NCBI GenBank assembly: GCA_030141605.1
Contig: JAQGDQ010002388.1
Location: 62,001 to 126,000, forward strand
From: Tubiluchus corallicola
Lineage: Eukaryota; Animalia; Priapulida
Reading direction: 5' to 3'
Length of the DNA: 64,000 nucleotides
Part shown: piece by piece, positions 10,137-18,498 of the stretch
Position numbering within the stretch: the first letter of the stretch is position 1
Layout: every line of letters starts with the position of its first letter
Notes under the pieces: generated by a model
Told to the model about the DNA's origin: nothing
The model's input: only the letters and a program-made list of their open reading frames with translations
Database searches by the model: none
Program-made: the position numbers and the translations under genes

Positions 10137-11246
10137 TTACAGCTGGTTGATATTTTTCTCTGTGGTAATATCGAATATGTGAATTTGTTCTCTATCAATA
10201 TAAATATCGCCTTTACTTCCTTCTTGGAAATGGCTTCGTAAATCGAGGCGCGCGACGATTTTATCATTACCGATTTTAAAGTTAATATCTTTTTCAAAAC
10301 CGAGAGATTCCACCACGTCAATTTCAATATTTTTGATCACGGAGTCTTCCGGAGCTATCGGCATATGGAGAGGATCTTGCATAAAATTTGGCCGTATACC
10401 AATTTTAACTTCTTTTTTTTCTTGTGCACCTAGGTAGCGTTTGGCATTTTCTTTATGTGTGTCTGCCAGAGGCAAAGCATATCCCCAGAAATCAATATAG
10501 TCTTTGTAAAGATCAGCCTTTAGGATATTCATGGAAGGAGCACCGATAAATGTTGCGGTAAACAGGTTATGGGGGTTAAGATAGATTTCCATGGGTGGGC
10601 CGATTTGTTCGATATAGCCGTCTTTCATGACAATGACTTTATCCGCCAGTGTCATGGCTTCCACCTGATCGTGTGTGACATAAAGGCTGGTTGTTTTTAT
10701 TTTTTGATGTAGGCGTCGAATTTCCGTCCGCATTTCGTGTCGTAATTTCGCGTCTAGATTTGAGAGAGGTTCATCGAACAAAAAGACATCCGCGTCTCGA
10801 ACAATTGCACGCCCCATAGCCACTCTTTGGCGTTGTCCTCCGGATAGCGCGGAAGGTTTTCTATCCAGGTAGCTTTCTAACTGCAGGACTTCCGAAGCGT
10901 ATCGTAATCGTTTGTCGATTTCTTCTTTAGGAAGTTTTTGTTTGAGAAGCCCGAAGATAATATTGTCTTTGACTGTTTTATGAGGATAGAGAGCATAATT
11001 TTGGAAGACCATTGCGATATTGCGATTTTGGGGCATAATATCGTTTACAATCCGATCTCCGATAGTGATATTGCCTTCTGTAACGCTTTCCAGCCCAGCT
11101 ACCATGCGTAAGGTCGTGCTTTTTCCGCATCCGGAAGGGCCGACTAAAACAACGAATTCCCCATCTTGGATATGGGCGGAGATTCCGAAGACAACCTTTA
11201 TTTTTCCATATGATTTAAAAAGATTATTTAAAATAACTTGAGCCAT
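10137..11246 (-). CDS. Carbohydrate ABC transporter ATP-binding protein (MalK/MsmK/UgpC type)
   Basis: [48 protein letters not shown]; C-terminal TOBE-like region. Confidence 0.96.
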   Translation of the reverse strand: MAQVILNNLFKSYGKIKVVFGISAHIQDGEFVVLVGPSGCGKSTTLRMVAGLESVTEGNITIGDRIVNDIMPQNRNIAMVFQNYALYPHKTVKDNIIFGLLKQKLPKEEIDKRLRYASEVLQLESYLDRKPSALSGGQRQRVAMGRAIVRDADVFLFDEPLSNLDAKLRHEMRTEIRRLHQKIKTTSLYVTHDQVEAMTLADKVIVMKDGYIEQIGPPMEIYLNPHNLFTATFIGAPSMNILKADLYKDYIDFWGYALPLADTHKENAKRYLGAQEKKEVKIGIRPNFMQDPLHMPIAPEDSVIKNIEIDVVESLGFEKDINFKIGNDKIVARLDLRSHFQEGSKGDIYIDREQIHIFDITTEKNINQL

Positions 11247-11257
11247 AAAAAGGTCTC

Positions 11258-12982
11258 CTAATGTTTTTTATTTTCTACAGCCCATACCATTTCAAAAGGC
11301 TCTAATGTGTAAGGGTGGTGAATTTCACGATGGGTAAAGAGGTTTGTAAAACAGCGTGATGACAAGGATATATTAGTAATCTCTATGTGTTCATGGCAAC
11401 AATTATGCAGAGCAAGAATAGGGCGAGACGTTTCCTGCCCTCGGATTAGCGCGAAAATAGAAGGATGTAACGATAAAATCTTCTGAGAAGCTGAAGGGTT
11501 AAAGGCGGGCTCTTCTTTCCATTTTTCCAGTAGCTTCATATATCCGTAAAAAATTTTATACGCTCTGCATTCCGGATCTTTCAGCCATTGATCGAGCTCT
11601 TCCCGATAGAATTTTCGTCGATTTAAAGTTCTGTTTTCCTTTGTTTGCTCGAATCCTTCCTGCCAGTTACGTGTTCCAAAGAGGTTATGGAAATAAATCC
11701 CAGGAACTCCTTGCAGTGACAGAGCGACGGCTTGTGCGCATAGGTATCGTTTAATTGCCAGGGGGTTTTCTTCTGTCTCTTCTGTTGGGAGCAGAGCATC
11801 AAAAAATGTTATATTCAGCTCGTAAGGAACGGGTTTTCCATCTGCTCCTGTGCGTGTAAGGATTTTTCCTCCTCGTTCCATGCATGAGGTTACCAGTTGT
11901 TTTTTTTGCTGTTCTGTCAGGATATCTGATGCGCCCCGCACGCCAATTCCATCGTGTGTTGCTGTTATATTGAAGAAATGGCATTGATCGGACGGAAGGG
12001 AAAGTGTTTTGGCCCAATTAGTTAAATGTTCTGCGGAGTTTCGGTTAAAAGCGTCCAGAAGCAAAGGAGGCAATGGAAATTGATAGACCATTTGCGCTTC
12101 TTCGCCGCTTTTTCCGAAATAGGAAATATTTTCCTCATGAGGAACATTAGTTTCCGTTACCAGAGTGACGGAGGGTGCTACACAATTAATCAAAGAGCGA
12201 TAGAGGATAACGGCGTTATGGGTTTCCTTTAGGCTCATGGAACATGTTCCTATTTTTTTCCATATAAACCCTACAGCGTCAAGGCGAATGAGCTGAGCAC
12301 CTTTTCCGATATAAAAAAGCAAGACTTCAAGGATAGCGTTAAAAACTTCTGGATTGCTGAAATTGAGGTCGACCTGATCTTGACTGAAGGTTGTCCATAG
12401 GTTTTTTATTCCTCGGTTGGTTTGAAACTCATGGAATAGAGGGGAGGTTCTTGGTCGTGTAACTTCTTTCCATTCGTCTTCTTTTCCTTCAATAAAGAAG
12501 TCGCAGTATGGGCTTTCCCCTGCCAGATAGTGTTGAAACCATTTCCCTTGCGCGGACAGGTGATTAATGACCGCATCGAACATCAGGTGAAAATCTTCTG
12601 CCAGCTCTTCAATATCTTTCCAGCTTCCTAGATCAGGAGAAACGGCATAATAATCTTTGACGGAGAAACCGTCGTCACTACTCCAGGGATAGAAAGGAAG
12701 GATATGAATTGTATCAATTTTTTCTTTAAGATATTCTTTTGACCAGAGAGCGAGGCTTTTCAAAGGCGTTTCTTCTTTTTGCTGCACCTGATCTCCATAG
12801 GTAATTAAAATAGCGTCATGGGGTAAGGTTTTTTTGTTTTCTTTTTTCTCTGGGTGTTTTTCATGAAATTGGGAGAGGGTTTGAAAAAACATGGTATAGA
12901 GAGTGTTTTTTTTCTCTTCTCCATAGAGGGAAGCGATAAGCGTCAGGAGTGCTTCTTTTTCTTTATGGGTTATTTGCAGCAT
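11258..12982 (-). CDS. ycjM: GH13_18 sugar phosphorylase, glucosylglycerate-phosphorylase (YcjM) type
   Basis: [36 protein letters not shown] (nucleophile), ETNVPH, THDGIG, YELNIT. Confidence 0.85.
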   Translation of the reverse strand: MLQITHKEKEALLTLIASLYGEEKKNTLYTMFFQTLSQFHEKHPEKKENKKTLPHDAILITYGDQVQQKEETPLKSLALWSKEYLKEKIDTIHILPFYPWSSDDGFSVKDYYAVSPDLGSWKDIEELAEDFHLMFDAVINHLSAQGKWFQHYLAGESPYCDFFIEGKEDEWKEVTRPRTSPLFHEFQTNRGIKNLWTTFSQDQVDLNFSNPEVFNAILEVLLFYIGKGAQLIRLDAVGFIWKKIGTCSMSLKETHNAVILYRSLINCVAPSVTLVTETNVPHEENISYFGKSGEEAQMVYQFPLPPLLLDAFNRNSAEHLTNWAKTLSLPSDQCHFFNITATHDGIGVRGASDILTEQQKKQLVTSCMERGGKILTRTGADGKPVPYELNITFFDALLPTEETEENPLAIKRYLCAQAVALSLQGVPGIYFHNLFGTRNWQEGFEQTKENRTLNRRKFYREELDQWLKDPECRAYKIFYGYMKLLEKWKEEPAFNPSASQKILSLHPSIFALIRGQETSRPILALHNCCHEHIEITNISLSSRCFTNLFTHREIHHPYTLEPFEMVWAVENKKH

Positions 12983-12996
12983 TTAAATTGTTTCCT

Positions 12997-13974
12997 TTAT
13001 TCTTTCACGCCGCCTTCTGACAGTCCGCCTGTCATAAATTTCATGGCGAGTGAAAAGAGAATAACCACTGGCAATGTTGTTAAGACTGAAGCTGACATAA
13101 TGCGTCCCCATGGGCTATTCATGGAGTTATAGAGTTCTTTTAATCCAATGGGGAGCGTATAGAGTTCTTTTGCGTTTTTAAAGAAGATAGAGACAAACAG
13201 ATACTCATTCCATGCGATAATGAAACAGTATATAAACACGGTAATCAGCATAGGAACAGAGATGGGTAGTACGACTTTAAAAATGGCTTCTATGCGGCTA
13301 TATCCGTCGACGGCAGCTGCTTCTTCCAAGGAAAAGGAGATTGTTCTGAAATAGTTTCCCAGCATATAAACGGCAACAGGCAGGGTTTGCATAAGATAGA
13401 TCAGAATGATACAAAAGACCATTCCTGCTTTGGTTTGTGTTAAACCGAGCGCCATCGCGATTTGATAGAGTGGGACCATCAGGAGTGTTCCTCCGATCAT
13501 GTAGACAAAGAGGATTCCTCTTTGCATGGCGACTTGTCCGAAGAATCGCAGCCGTGCAATAGCATAGCTTGAAAAGATAGCGAATATCAACGCGCAAAAG
13601 GCAGCACCGAATGAAATCAGAAAAGAGTTCCGAAAGAATTGGAGGAATGGGAAGATATCGGATGTGGATAGATATTTTTCTACAATCTCTTGTTTTTTAG
13701 GATGCCCGTCTGGTAGCCTCTCGATCATACGGCGTTCATTAACAGGTAGGTTATCAAGGCTGAAATTTTCTCCGGTTACTTTCTGCAGGGATAGGATATC
13801 CTCATAATGTTCCCATGTTGCATATTGAGGAATAAGGCTTGTACTTCCGTATTCAACAGGGGATTTAAACGAGACAGAGATCATTTGCGCAAATGGAAAC
13901 AGAGCGAAGAAAAGAACCGCGGCCAAGGCGACATAAAAGGCGATATTTCCGAGTATGGATTTTTTTTCCAGCAT
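12997..13974 (-). CDS. Carbohydrate ABC transporter permease (MalG/YcjP-like)
   Basis: EAA motif LEEAAAVDG; AWNEYLF; TLPIGL; C-terminal GGVKE. Confidence 0.93.
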   Translation of the reverse strand: MLEKKSILGNIAFYVALAAVLFFALFPFAQMISVSFKSPVEYGSTSLIPQYATWEHYEDILSLQKVTGENFSLDNLPVNERRMIERLPDGHPKKQEIVEKYLSTSDIFPFLQFFRNSFLISFGAAFCALIFAIFSSYAIARLRFFGQVAMQRGILFVYMIGGTLLMVPLYQIAMALGLTQTKAGMVFCIILIYLMQTLPVAVYMLGNYFRTISFSLEEAAAVDGYSRIEAIFKVVLPISVPMLITVFIYCFIIAWNEYLFVSIFFKNAKELYTLPIGLKELYNSMNSPWGRIMSASVLTTLPVVILFSLAMKFMTGGLSEGGVKE

Positions 13975-13984
13975 TTTTTTCCCT

Positions 13985-14875
13985 TTACCACTTTAGAACT
14001 TTTTTAATATAGAACCAGATTAAGCCAAGCAACATAAGGAATTGAATAACGGCGGCGGCGGCGGCAAGGCCCTGGTCAGGTTTTCCTGTGAAAGCGATAT
14101 TATAGACATAGACAGGGAGTGTTTCCACGATGCCGTTTGTCAGTAGGTAAATATCGTCAAATTTATGGAAGTTCCATATAAATCTGAGAATAACGACAGT
14201 TCCCAGAACAAAGTAAATCTCAGGAAGAGTCACATGGAAGAAGCGCCCGACAGGTCCGTATCCGTCGATAGCTGCGGCTTCATAGAGGTCTTTATTAATT
14301 GATTGGAGCTGAGAAAGGAGCAGCAATGTCGCTAGGGGAAAATGTTTCCAGATATCAAATATAATGACGAAAACGAGCCCTGGCCATTTTGTACTGACTG
14401 TCATAGGAGAAAAGGGATCGGTACTAAAAAACCCATGCATATAAGCTAGGAAGTGATTGACGATTCCATTAACGGGGTCAAACATAAACTGCCAAGAGAA
14501 AACCACAGCGACAAGAGGGGCGAAATAAGGCATAAGAATAAGCCCCCGCGCAAGGTTTCGCATGGGAAATTTCTCGTTAAGTAGCAGGGCGACAGCGAGC
14601 CCCAGAAGTGTCGTTCCCAGAACACTTCCCAATAAATAAAGAATGCTGACCCAGACAGAATCGTAAAATCGCCCACTGGAGAGAAGAGCTGTGTAGTTCC
14701 CTAAATTTTTAAACGTTTTCTCTCCTGAGATTGAAACGTCAAAAAAACTTAAGTATAGATTAAAGATAATGGGATAAAAGATCAGAACTCCGATGACAGT
14801 GACCGTTGGAAGCACAAACTGCAAACCGAGTCTGGCGTTTTTTTGCTCTACTGTTAACGTGTTTTTTGGATTCAT
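13985..14875 (-). CDS. Carbohydrate ABC transporter permease (MalF/YcjO-like)
   Basis: LYEAAAIDG EAA motif; several TM helices. Confidence 0.93.
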   Translation of the reverse strand: MNPKNTLTVEQKNARLGLQFVLPTVTVIGVLIFYPIIFNLYLSFFDVSISGEKTFKNLGNYTALLSSGRFYDSVWVSILYLLGSVLGTTLLGLAVALLLNEKFPMRNLARGLILMPYFAPLVAVVFSWQFMFDPVNGIVNHFLAYMHGFFSTDPFSPMTVSTKWPGLVFVIIFDIWKHFPLATLLLLSQLQSINKDLYEAAAIDGYGPVGRFFHVTLPEIYFVLGTVVILRFIWNFHKFDDIYLLTNGIVETLPVYVYNIAFTGKPDQGLAAAAAVIQFLMLLGLIWFYIKKVLKW

Positions 14876-14942
14876 TGATGGCTCTCTTTTTCTAAAAAAG
14901 GCCCTTTTTTCATTATTTTATTTAAAAATGGCCGATTATTTT

Positions 14943-16379
14943 TTAATTATTGATAATAGCGAGCATTTCTTTTTCTGCCCATATCAATGCTTCCCAAGGT
15001 TCAACATCTTCAAAAACCGTTCTATAGATCATTTGAGGGATGATTTTCTTTGCTGTAATTTCTTCAGCGATGGGGAAGAATTGTCCATCAACGACACTGA
15101 ATGTGCGTAAATTTTCCAGCCCATCGAGAATTTCCAGAATTTTTTCTGTCCCGTAGGGCTCAAAGACTTTTTCCGGGTCATTTAGATATTTTTCGCTCAT
15201 TGCGATTGCGCGAACTGCTGGATTATAGCCTCCTGCTGCCACGTGTGTCCATGTGATATAGACATCTTCTTCATACATGAATTTGATCAGTTCCTGAGCG
15301 GCTTTAATTTTGGGCTCTTCTGTTTTATTGAAGATTGTGTATCCCATCAGGGTTCCATATGTAGAATCCATTCTATTGCGGATAGAGGAAGCCATATTGG
15401 TTTTATGGACAAGATCTGGATCGAAGTCAGCGCCGGCCAAGTCTGCGAAATTGCTGCTTCCCAAGGAGTTTGCCGCATGTTCATAGAGTGCCAGATCGTC
15501 CATAATAAAGGTGGAATAAAACATCATGGCGACTTTTCCCTGCAGATAATAGTCGCGCGCACGCCAGGTTTGAGGTCCTGGAGGTGTATACTGTGCCAGC
15601 TCTACGTAATACTCTAATGCTTCCAGCATTTCAGGAGAATTAAAGACAAAATCTCCGTCTTTGTCAAAGATATAGGCGTCATTAGAAAGGGCAAATTGTG
15701 TAAAGACCTGTTCTGTAAAGATCTCTGGCATTGTGCCGACAAGAATTCCATATTGTTTATTTTCTGGCTCGTAAAAATGGCGAGCTGCCTCTAGGATATC
15801 TTCCCATGTTACGGGTGGATTTAACCCTGCTTGCTCAAACCAGTCACTGCGATACCATATTCCTTGTACCCACCCAGTATAGGGGGTTGCATACCATTGA
15901 TCCTCACCAGCGATAAAAAGGTTTTTACTTCCCGTATAAAAATTATCCACGCCGATTTCTTTAAAAACGGAAGTTACGGCATTTGTATTGACAAGATTTT
16001 CCTGACCCAATGCTACGGCGTAGGAAGATTCCAGCAGAGCGAGGTCTGGCATATTTTTAGAAGCGACAGCGGCCACCATACGGGCCATGACATCATTTTC
16101 GTCCATGGCAATGACTTTTACTTTATGGCCAGTTTCGGCTTCAAACAAGTCAAAAATGAGCTCAAATGTTTTTACACGATCGCTTTGAAGCTCTGTTGTC
16201 CAGAATTCCAACTCAACAGGCTCAGTGTGCTTTTTACCAACAGTTGCAGCTGTTTCTTGTGTTTGTTGTGTTTGCTGTGCTTGCTGTGTTTCCTGTTGTG
16301 TCGCTTCTTTATTATCATCACATGCGACCAGTGTTATGACAAGCCCTAAGACAACTCCTATTTTGTAAAGCCCTTGCAT
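14943..16379 (-). CDS. Carbohydrate ABC transporter solute-binding lipoprotein (YcjN-like)
   Basis: Lipobox LVA-C; IWYRSDWF, PVTWEDIL, YTPPGPQTWRARDYYLQG; ATG at 16379 follows a GGAGAGGA SD. Confidence 0.88.
   Translation of the reverse strand: MQGLYKIGVVLGLVITLVACDDNKEATQQETQQAQQTQQTQETAATVGKKHTEPVELEFWTTELQSDRVKTFELIFDLFEAETGHKVKVIAMDENDVMARMVAAVASKNMPDLALLESSYAVALGQENLVNTNAVTSVFKEIGVDNFYTGSKNLFIAGEDQWYATPYTGWVQGIWYRSDWFEQAGLNPPVTWEDILEAARHFYEPENKQYGILVGTMPEIFTEQVFTQFALSNDAYIFDKDGDFVFNSPEMLEALEYYVELAQYTPPGPQTWRARDYYLQGKVAMMFYSTFIMDDLALYEHAANSLGSSNFADLAGADFDPDLVHKTNMASSIRNRMDSTYGTLMGYTIFNKTEEPKIKAAQELIKFMYEEDVYITWTHVAAGGYNPAVRAIAMSEKYLNDPEKVFEPYGTEKILEILDGLENLRTFSVVDGQFFPIAEEITAKKIIPQMIYRTVFEDVEPWEALIWAEKEMLAIINN
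16249..16302. repeat. Degenerate 9-bp tandem repeat encoding the Gln/Thr-rich tether of the SBP
   Basis: TGTGTTTGT/TGTGTTTGC/TGTGCTTGC/TGTGTTTCC at 16258-16293; encodes TQQETQQAQQTQQTQET. Confidence 0.7.
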
Positions 16380-16483
16380 TTTCCTCTCCTTCATATTGCT
16401 TTTAGTTTGATAAGTGGCTTTTTACGCCTAGAGTATTTTAGGGCTTAAAAGCCGTAAACTATTAATAAAAGGTTATAAAGTTC

Positions 16484-16512
16484 AGTGTAAGAAGAAAATA
16501 GAATCCTGTCAA
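16484..16512 (-). promoter_or_regulatory. Sigma-70-type promoter of the ycj-like operon
   Basis: Minus strand reads TTGACA-N17-TACACT, about 105 nt upstream of the SBP start. Confidence 0.65.
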
Positions 16513-16859
16513 TAATGAAACTAATTGGCCATTATTTTTCACATACTGTTATTTTATTTTGGGTTTTTAACAGCCTTTTCCCTGTGAGTATTTTGTGAAA
16601 TTTTATTTTTCGAATTGAACAGCCCAGACTACGGTATTTTTTATAGAAGGAAGAGCTTGATATTTCGGGATTGGATTCATGTTTGTTATCTCTGATGCCG
16701 CTACTCATATTATGATTAAGATATCCCATGGCATCAGAGTATGGATCTATCAAACATAAAGTAATTTTTATATTGTATATTGGCAGGAGTGTTTAAAATA
16801 CTTTTTCCTTATTTAAGGAAAGCATAAACATATTATATGCGAGCAGCCGTTGAAAATAA

Positions 16860-16948
16860 TGGCGGATGGGGTGGGATTCGAACCCACGAAGGGGGACACC
16901 CTTGCCGGTTTTCAAGACCGGTGCCTTCAACCGCTCGGCCACCCATCC
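16860..16948 (-). tRNA. tRNA-Ser (anticodon TGA)
   Basis: Reverse complement GGATGGGTGGCCGAGCGG...CCGGTC TTGAAA ACCGG, long variable arm, GGTTCGAATCC, encoded 3' CCA. Confidence 0.96.
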
Positions 16949-16971
16949 ACAAGTAAGCATGTTAGTATTAA

Positions 16972-17059
16972 TGGCGGAGGGACGGGGATTCGAACCCCGG
17001 ACAGGTTTCCCTGAACACGCTTTCCAGGCGCGCGCCTTAAGCCACTCGGCCACCCCTCC
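16972..17059 (-). tRNA. tRNA-Ser (anticodon GGA)
   Basis: Reverse complement GGAGGGGTGGCCGAGTGG...CGCGC CTGGAAA GCGTG, long variable arm, GGTTCGAATCC, encoded 3' CCA. Confidence 0.96.
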
Positions 17060-17256
17060 TCCTTAGCCATTTTTCCACAGTATGTAAAAAAATAACTGTG
17101 TAAAAAATGCGGAGGTTTTTAACTGCTTCAGTAATTTTTTGACATAAAAAAAAAGATTCTGCAACATTTTTATTTATTTTGTGGATAAAAATAAAAATTT
17201 ATCTGAACTCTTTTCTAAAATAGATTATAAATAGTTTATAGTTAAAGTTTGTTTTA

Positions 17257-18030
17257 ATGGCCCTGTTTATTTTTCATCATGATTTTATACAGAGAAATGT
17301 AGGAATGACACCAGAACAAAAGCCATCTAAGAATGATGCTCTCATCACAAAAATTCTTCTTATTGCCATTGCGATAACGGCTGTTTTATGGATATCACAA
17401 AAATTCTCAGATTCTTTTCAAAGCTCGAATGATATTGCTTGGCTTCTTTCTCGATTGATTCTTTTAGCTCTTTTAATTGGGGGAAGCTACGCTTCGATAA
17501 AGATGAATATTGGTAAAGCATTTTCCTCTTTGGTTATATGGTTTACCATTGGTTTTGCGGCTTATAGTTTTTATATTTTTAAGGAAGGAGGGAACGATCA
17601 TTTTTCCGATCGTCTTTCCACAAATTTTAAGCAGGGGAAATATTATACTCATAGTGATGGAACTTTGCGGTTTCAGGGAGACAGGCGCGGGCATTTTATT
17701 ATTGAAGGATATATTAATGATCAGCCTGTGAATTTTCTCTTTGACACGGGAGCGAGTGATATTATTCTTTCGTCCTCTGATGCTCGGAAGGTTGGTTTTA
17801 AAGATAATGAACTTTCTTTTACGCGTCCTTATCAGACGGCGAATGGGCGAGCTTATGCTGCGCCTGTTACTTTAAAAACCATTGCTGTTGGCCCTTTTGT
17901 TTTTCATGATATTCCAGCATCAGTCAGCCAGGAGAAAGCATTGCAGACATCTCTTTTAGGAATGCGTTTTTTAAAGCAGATTCCTGGTTGGTCCGTTAAA
18001 GGAAACGAGTTAATATTTGAGCTTGAATAA
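17257..18030 (+). CDS. Membrane-anchored clan AA (retropepsin-like, TIGR02281-type) aspartic protease
   Basis: Three N-terminal TM segments, GHF, FLFDTGAS catalytic motif, TANG flap, SLLGMRFL; start may be the ATG at 17305. Confidence 0.92.
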   Translation: MALFIFHHDFIQRNVGMTPEQKPSKNDALITKILLIAIAITAVLWISQKFSDSFQSSNDIAWLLSRLILLALLIGGSYASIKMNIGKAFSSLVIWFTIGFAAYSFYIFKEGGNDHFSDRLSTNFKQGKYYTHSDGTLRFQGDRRGHFIIEGYINDQPVNFLFDTGASDIILSSSDARKVGFKDNELSFTRPYQTANGRAYAAPVTLKTIAVGPFVFHDIPASVSQEKALQTSLLGMRFLKQIPGWSVKGNELIFELE

Positions 18031-18055
18031 AGCAAGAGATTAAGGGGTCTTTATA

Positions 18056-18084
18056 TTGACACCTTTATAAATCTTCTGTATCTT
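18056..18084 (+). promoter_or_regulatory. Sigma-70-type promoter of the btu operon
   Basis: TTGACA-N17-TATCTT, placing +1 near 18090, right at the riboswitch 5' end. Confidence 0.65.
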
Positions 18085-18089
18085 TTAGT

Positions 18090-18287
18090 GAAATAGTGGG
18101 TGTTTCTTAACCTTTTCTCAAAAGGTTTAAGAGATGAAAAGGGAATTTGGTGTAAGACCAAAGCTGCCCCCGCAACTGTAAACAGTATGTTAGATTATGC
18201 GAGAATGCCACTGGAGAGCTTTATAATCTCTGGGAAGGTTTTTAATCTGACCCTCAGCTGTAAGCCAGGAGACCTGCCAACTATTTT
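18090..18287 (+). promoter_or_regulatory. Cobalamin (B12) riboswitch
   Basis: AAAAGGGAA...GGTG...CTGCCCCCGCAACTGTAA, GCCACTG...GGGAAGG, B12 box AAGCCAGGAGACCTGCC; P1 AAATAGT/ACTATTT; downstream GCGGGG (18303-18308) complements CCCCGC; directly upstream of btuB. Confidence 0.95.
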
Positions 18288-18498
18288 CGTCTCACACCTG
18301 TGGCGGGGAAGACTGCAGGAAAGGCAGGACTGTTTTTATTTGTTTTTAGCAATAGTTGTGACAGTTTTTCTTTTTTTCTTTCAAAAGAAGTGGTGACGCT
18401 CATAAAAGAGAAGGCGCGCTTATCTATTCAGAATTTCTCTCTATCTGCGCTGCTTTCGGTATATAAACGTTTATAAATGGAAAGAGAAAAAGAATTGA

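Noticed and set aside
16532-16753. 73-aa ORF between the tRNAs and the ycj-like promoter
   Set aside because: TTG start, no SD, no recognisable motif, overlaps the inverted repeat; not supportable as a CDS, though not excluded.
16793-17066. ORFs 16793-17053 (-) and 16866-17066 (+)
   Set aside because: Translations of the two tRNA-Ser genes.
18100-18396. 98-aa ORF upstream of btuB
   Set aside because: Coincides with the cobalamin riboswitch and its expression platform.
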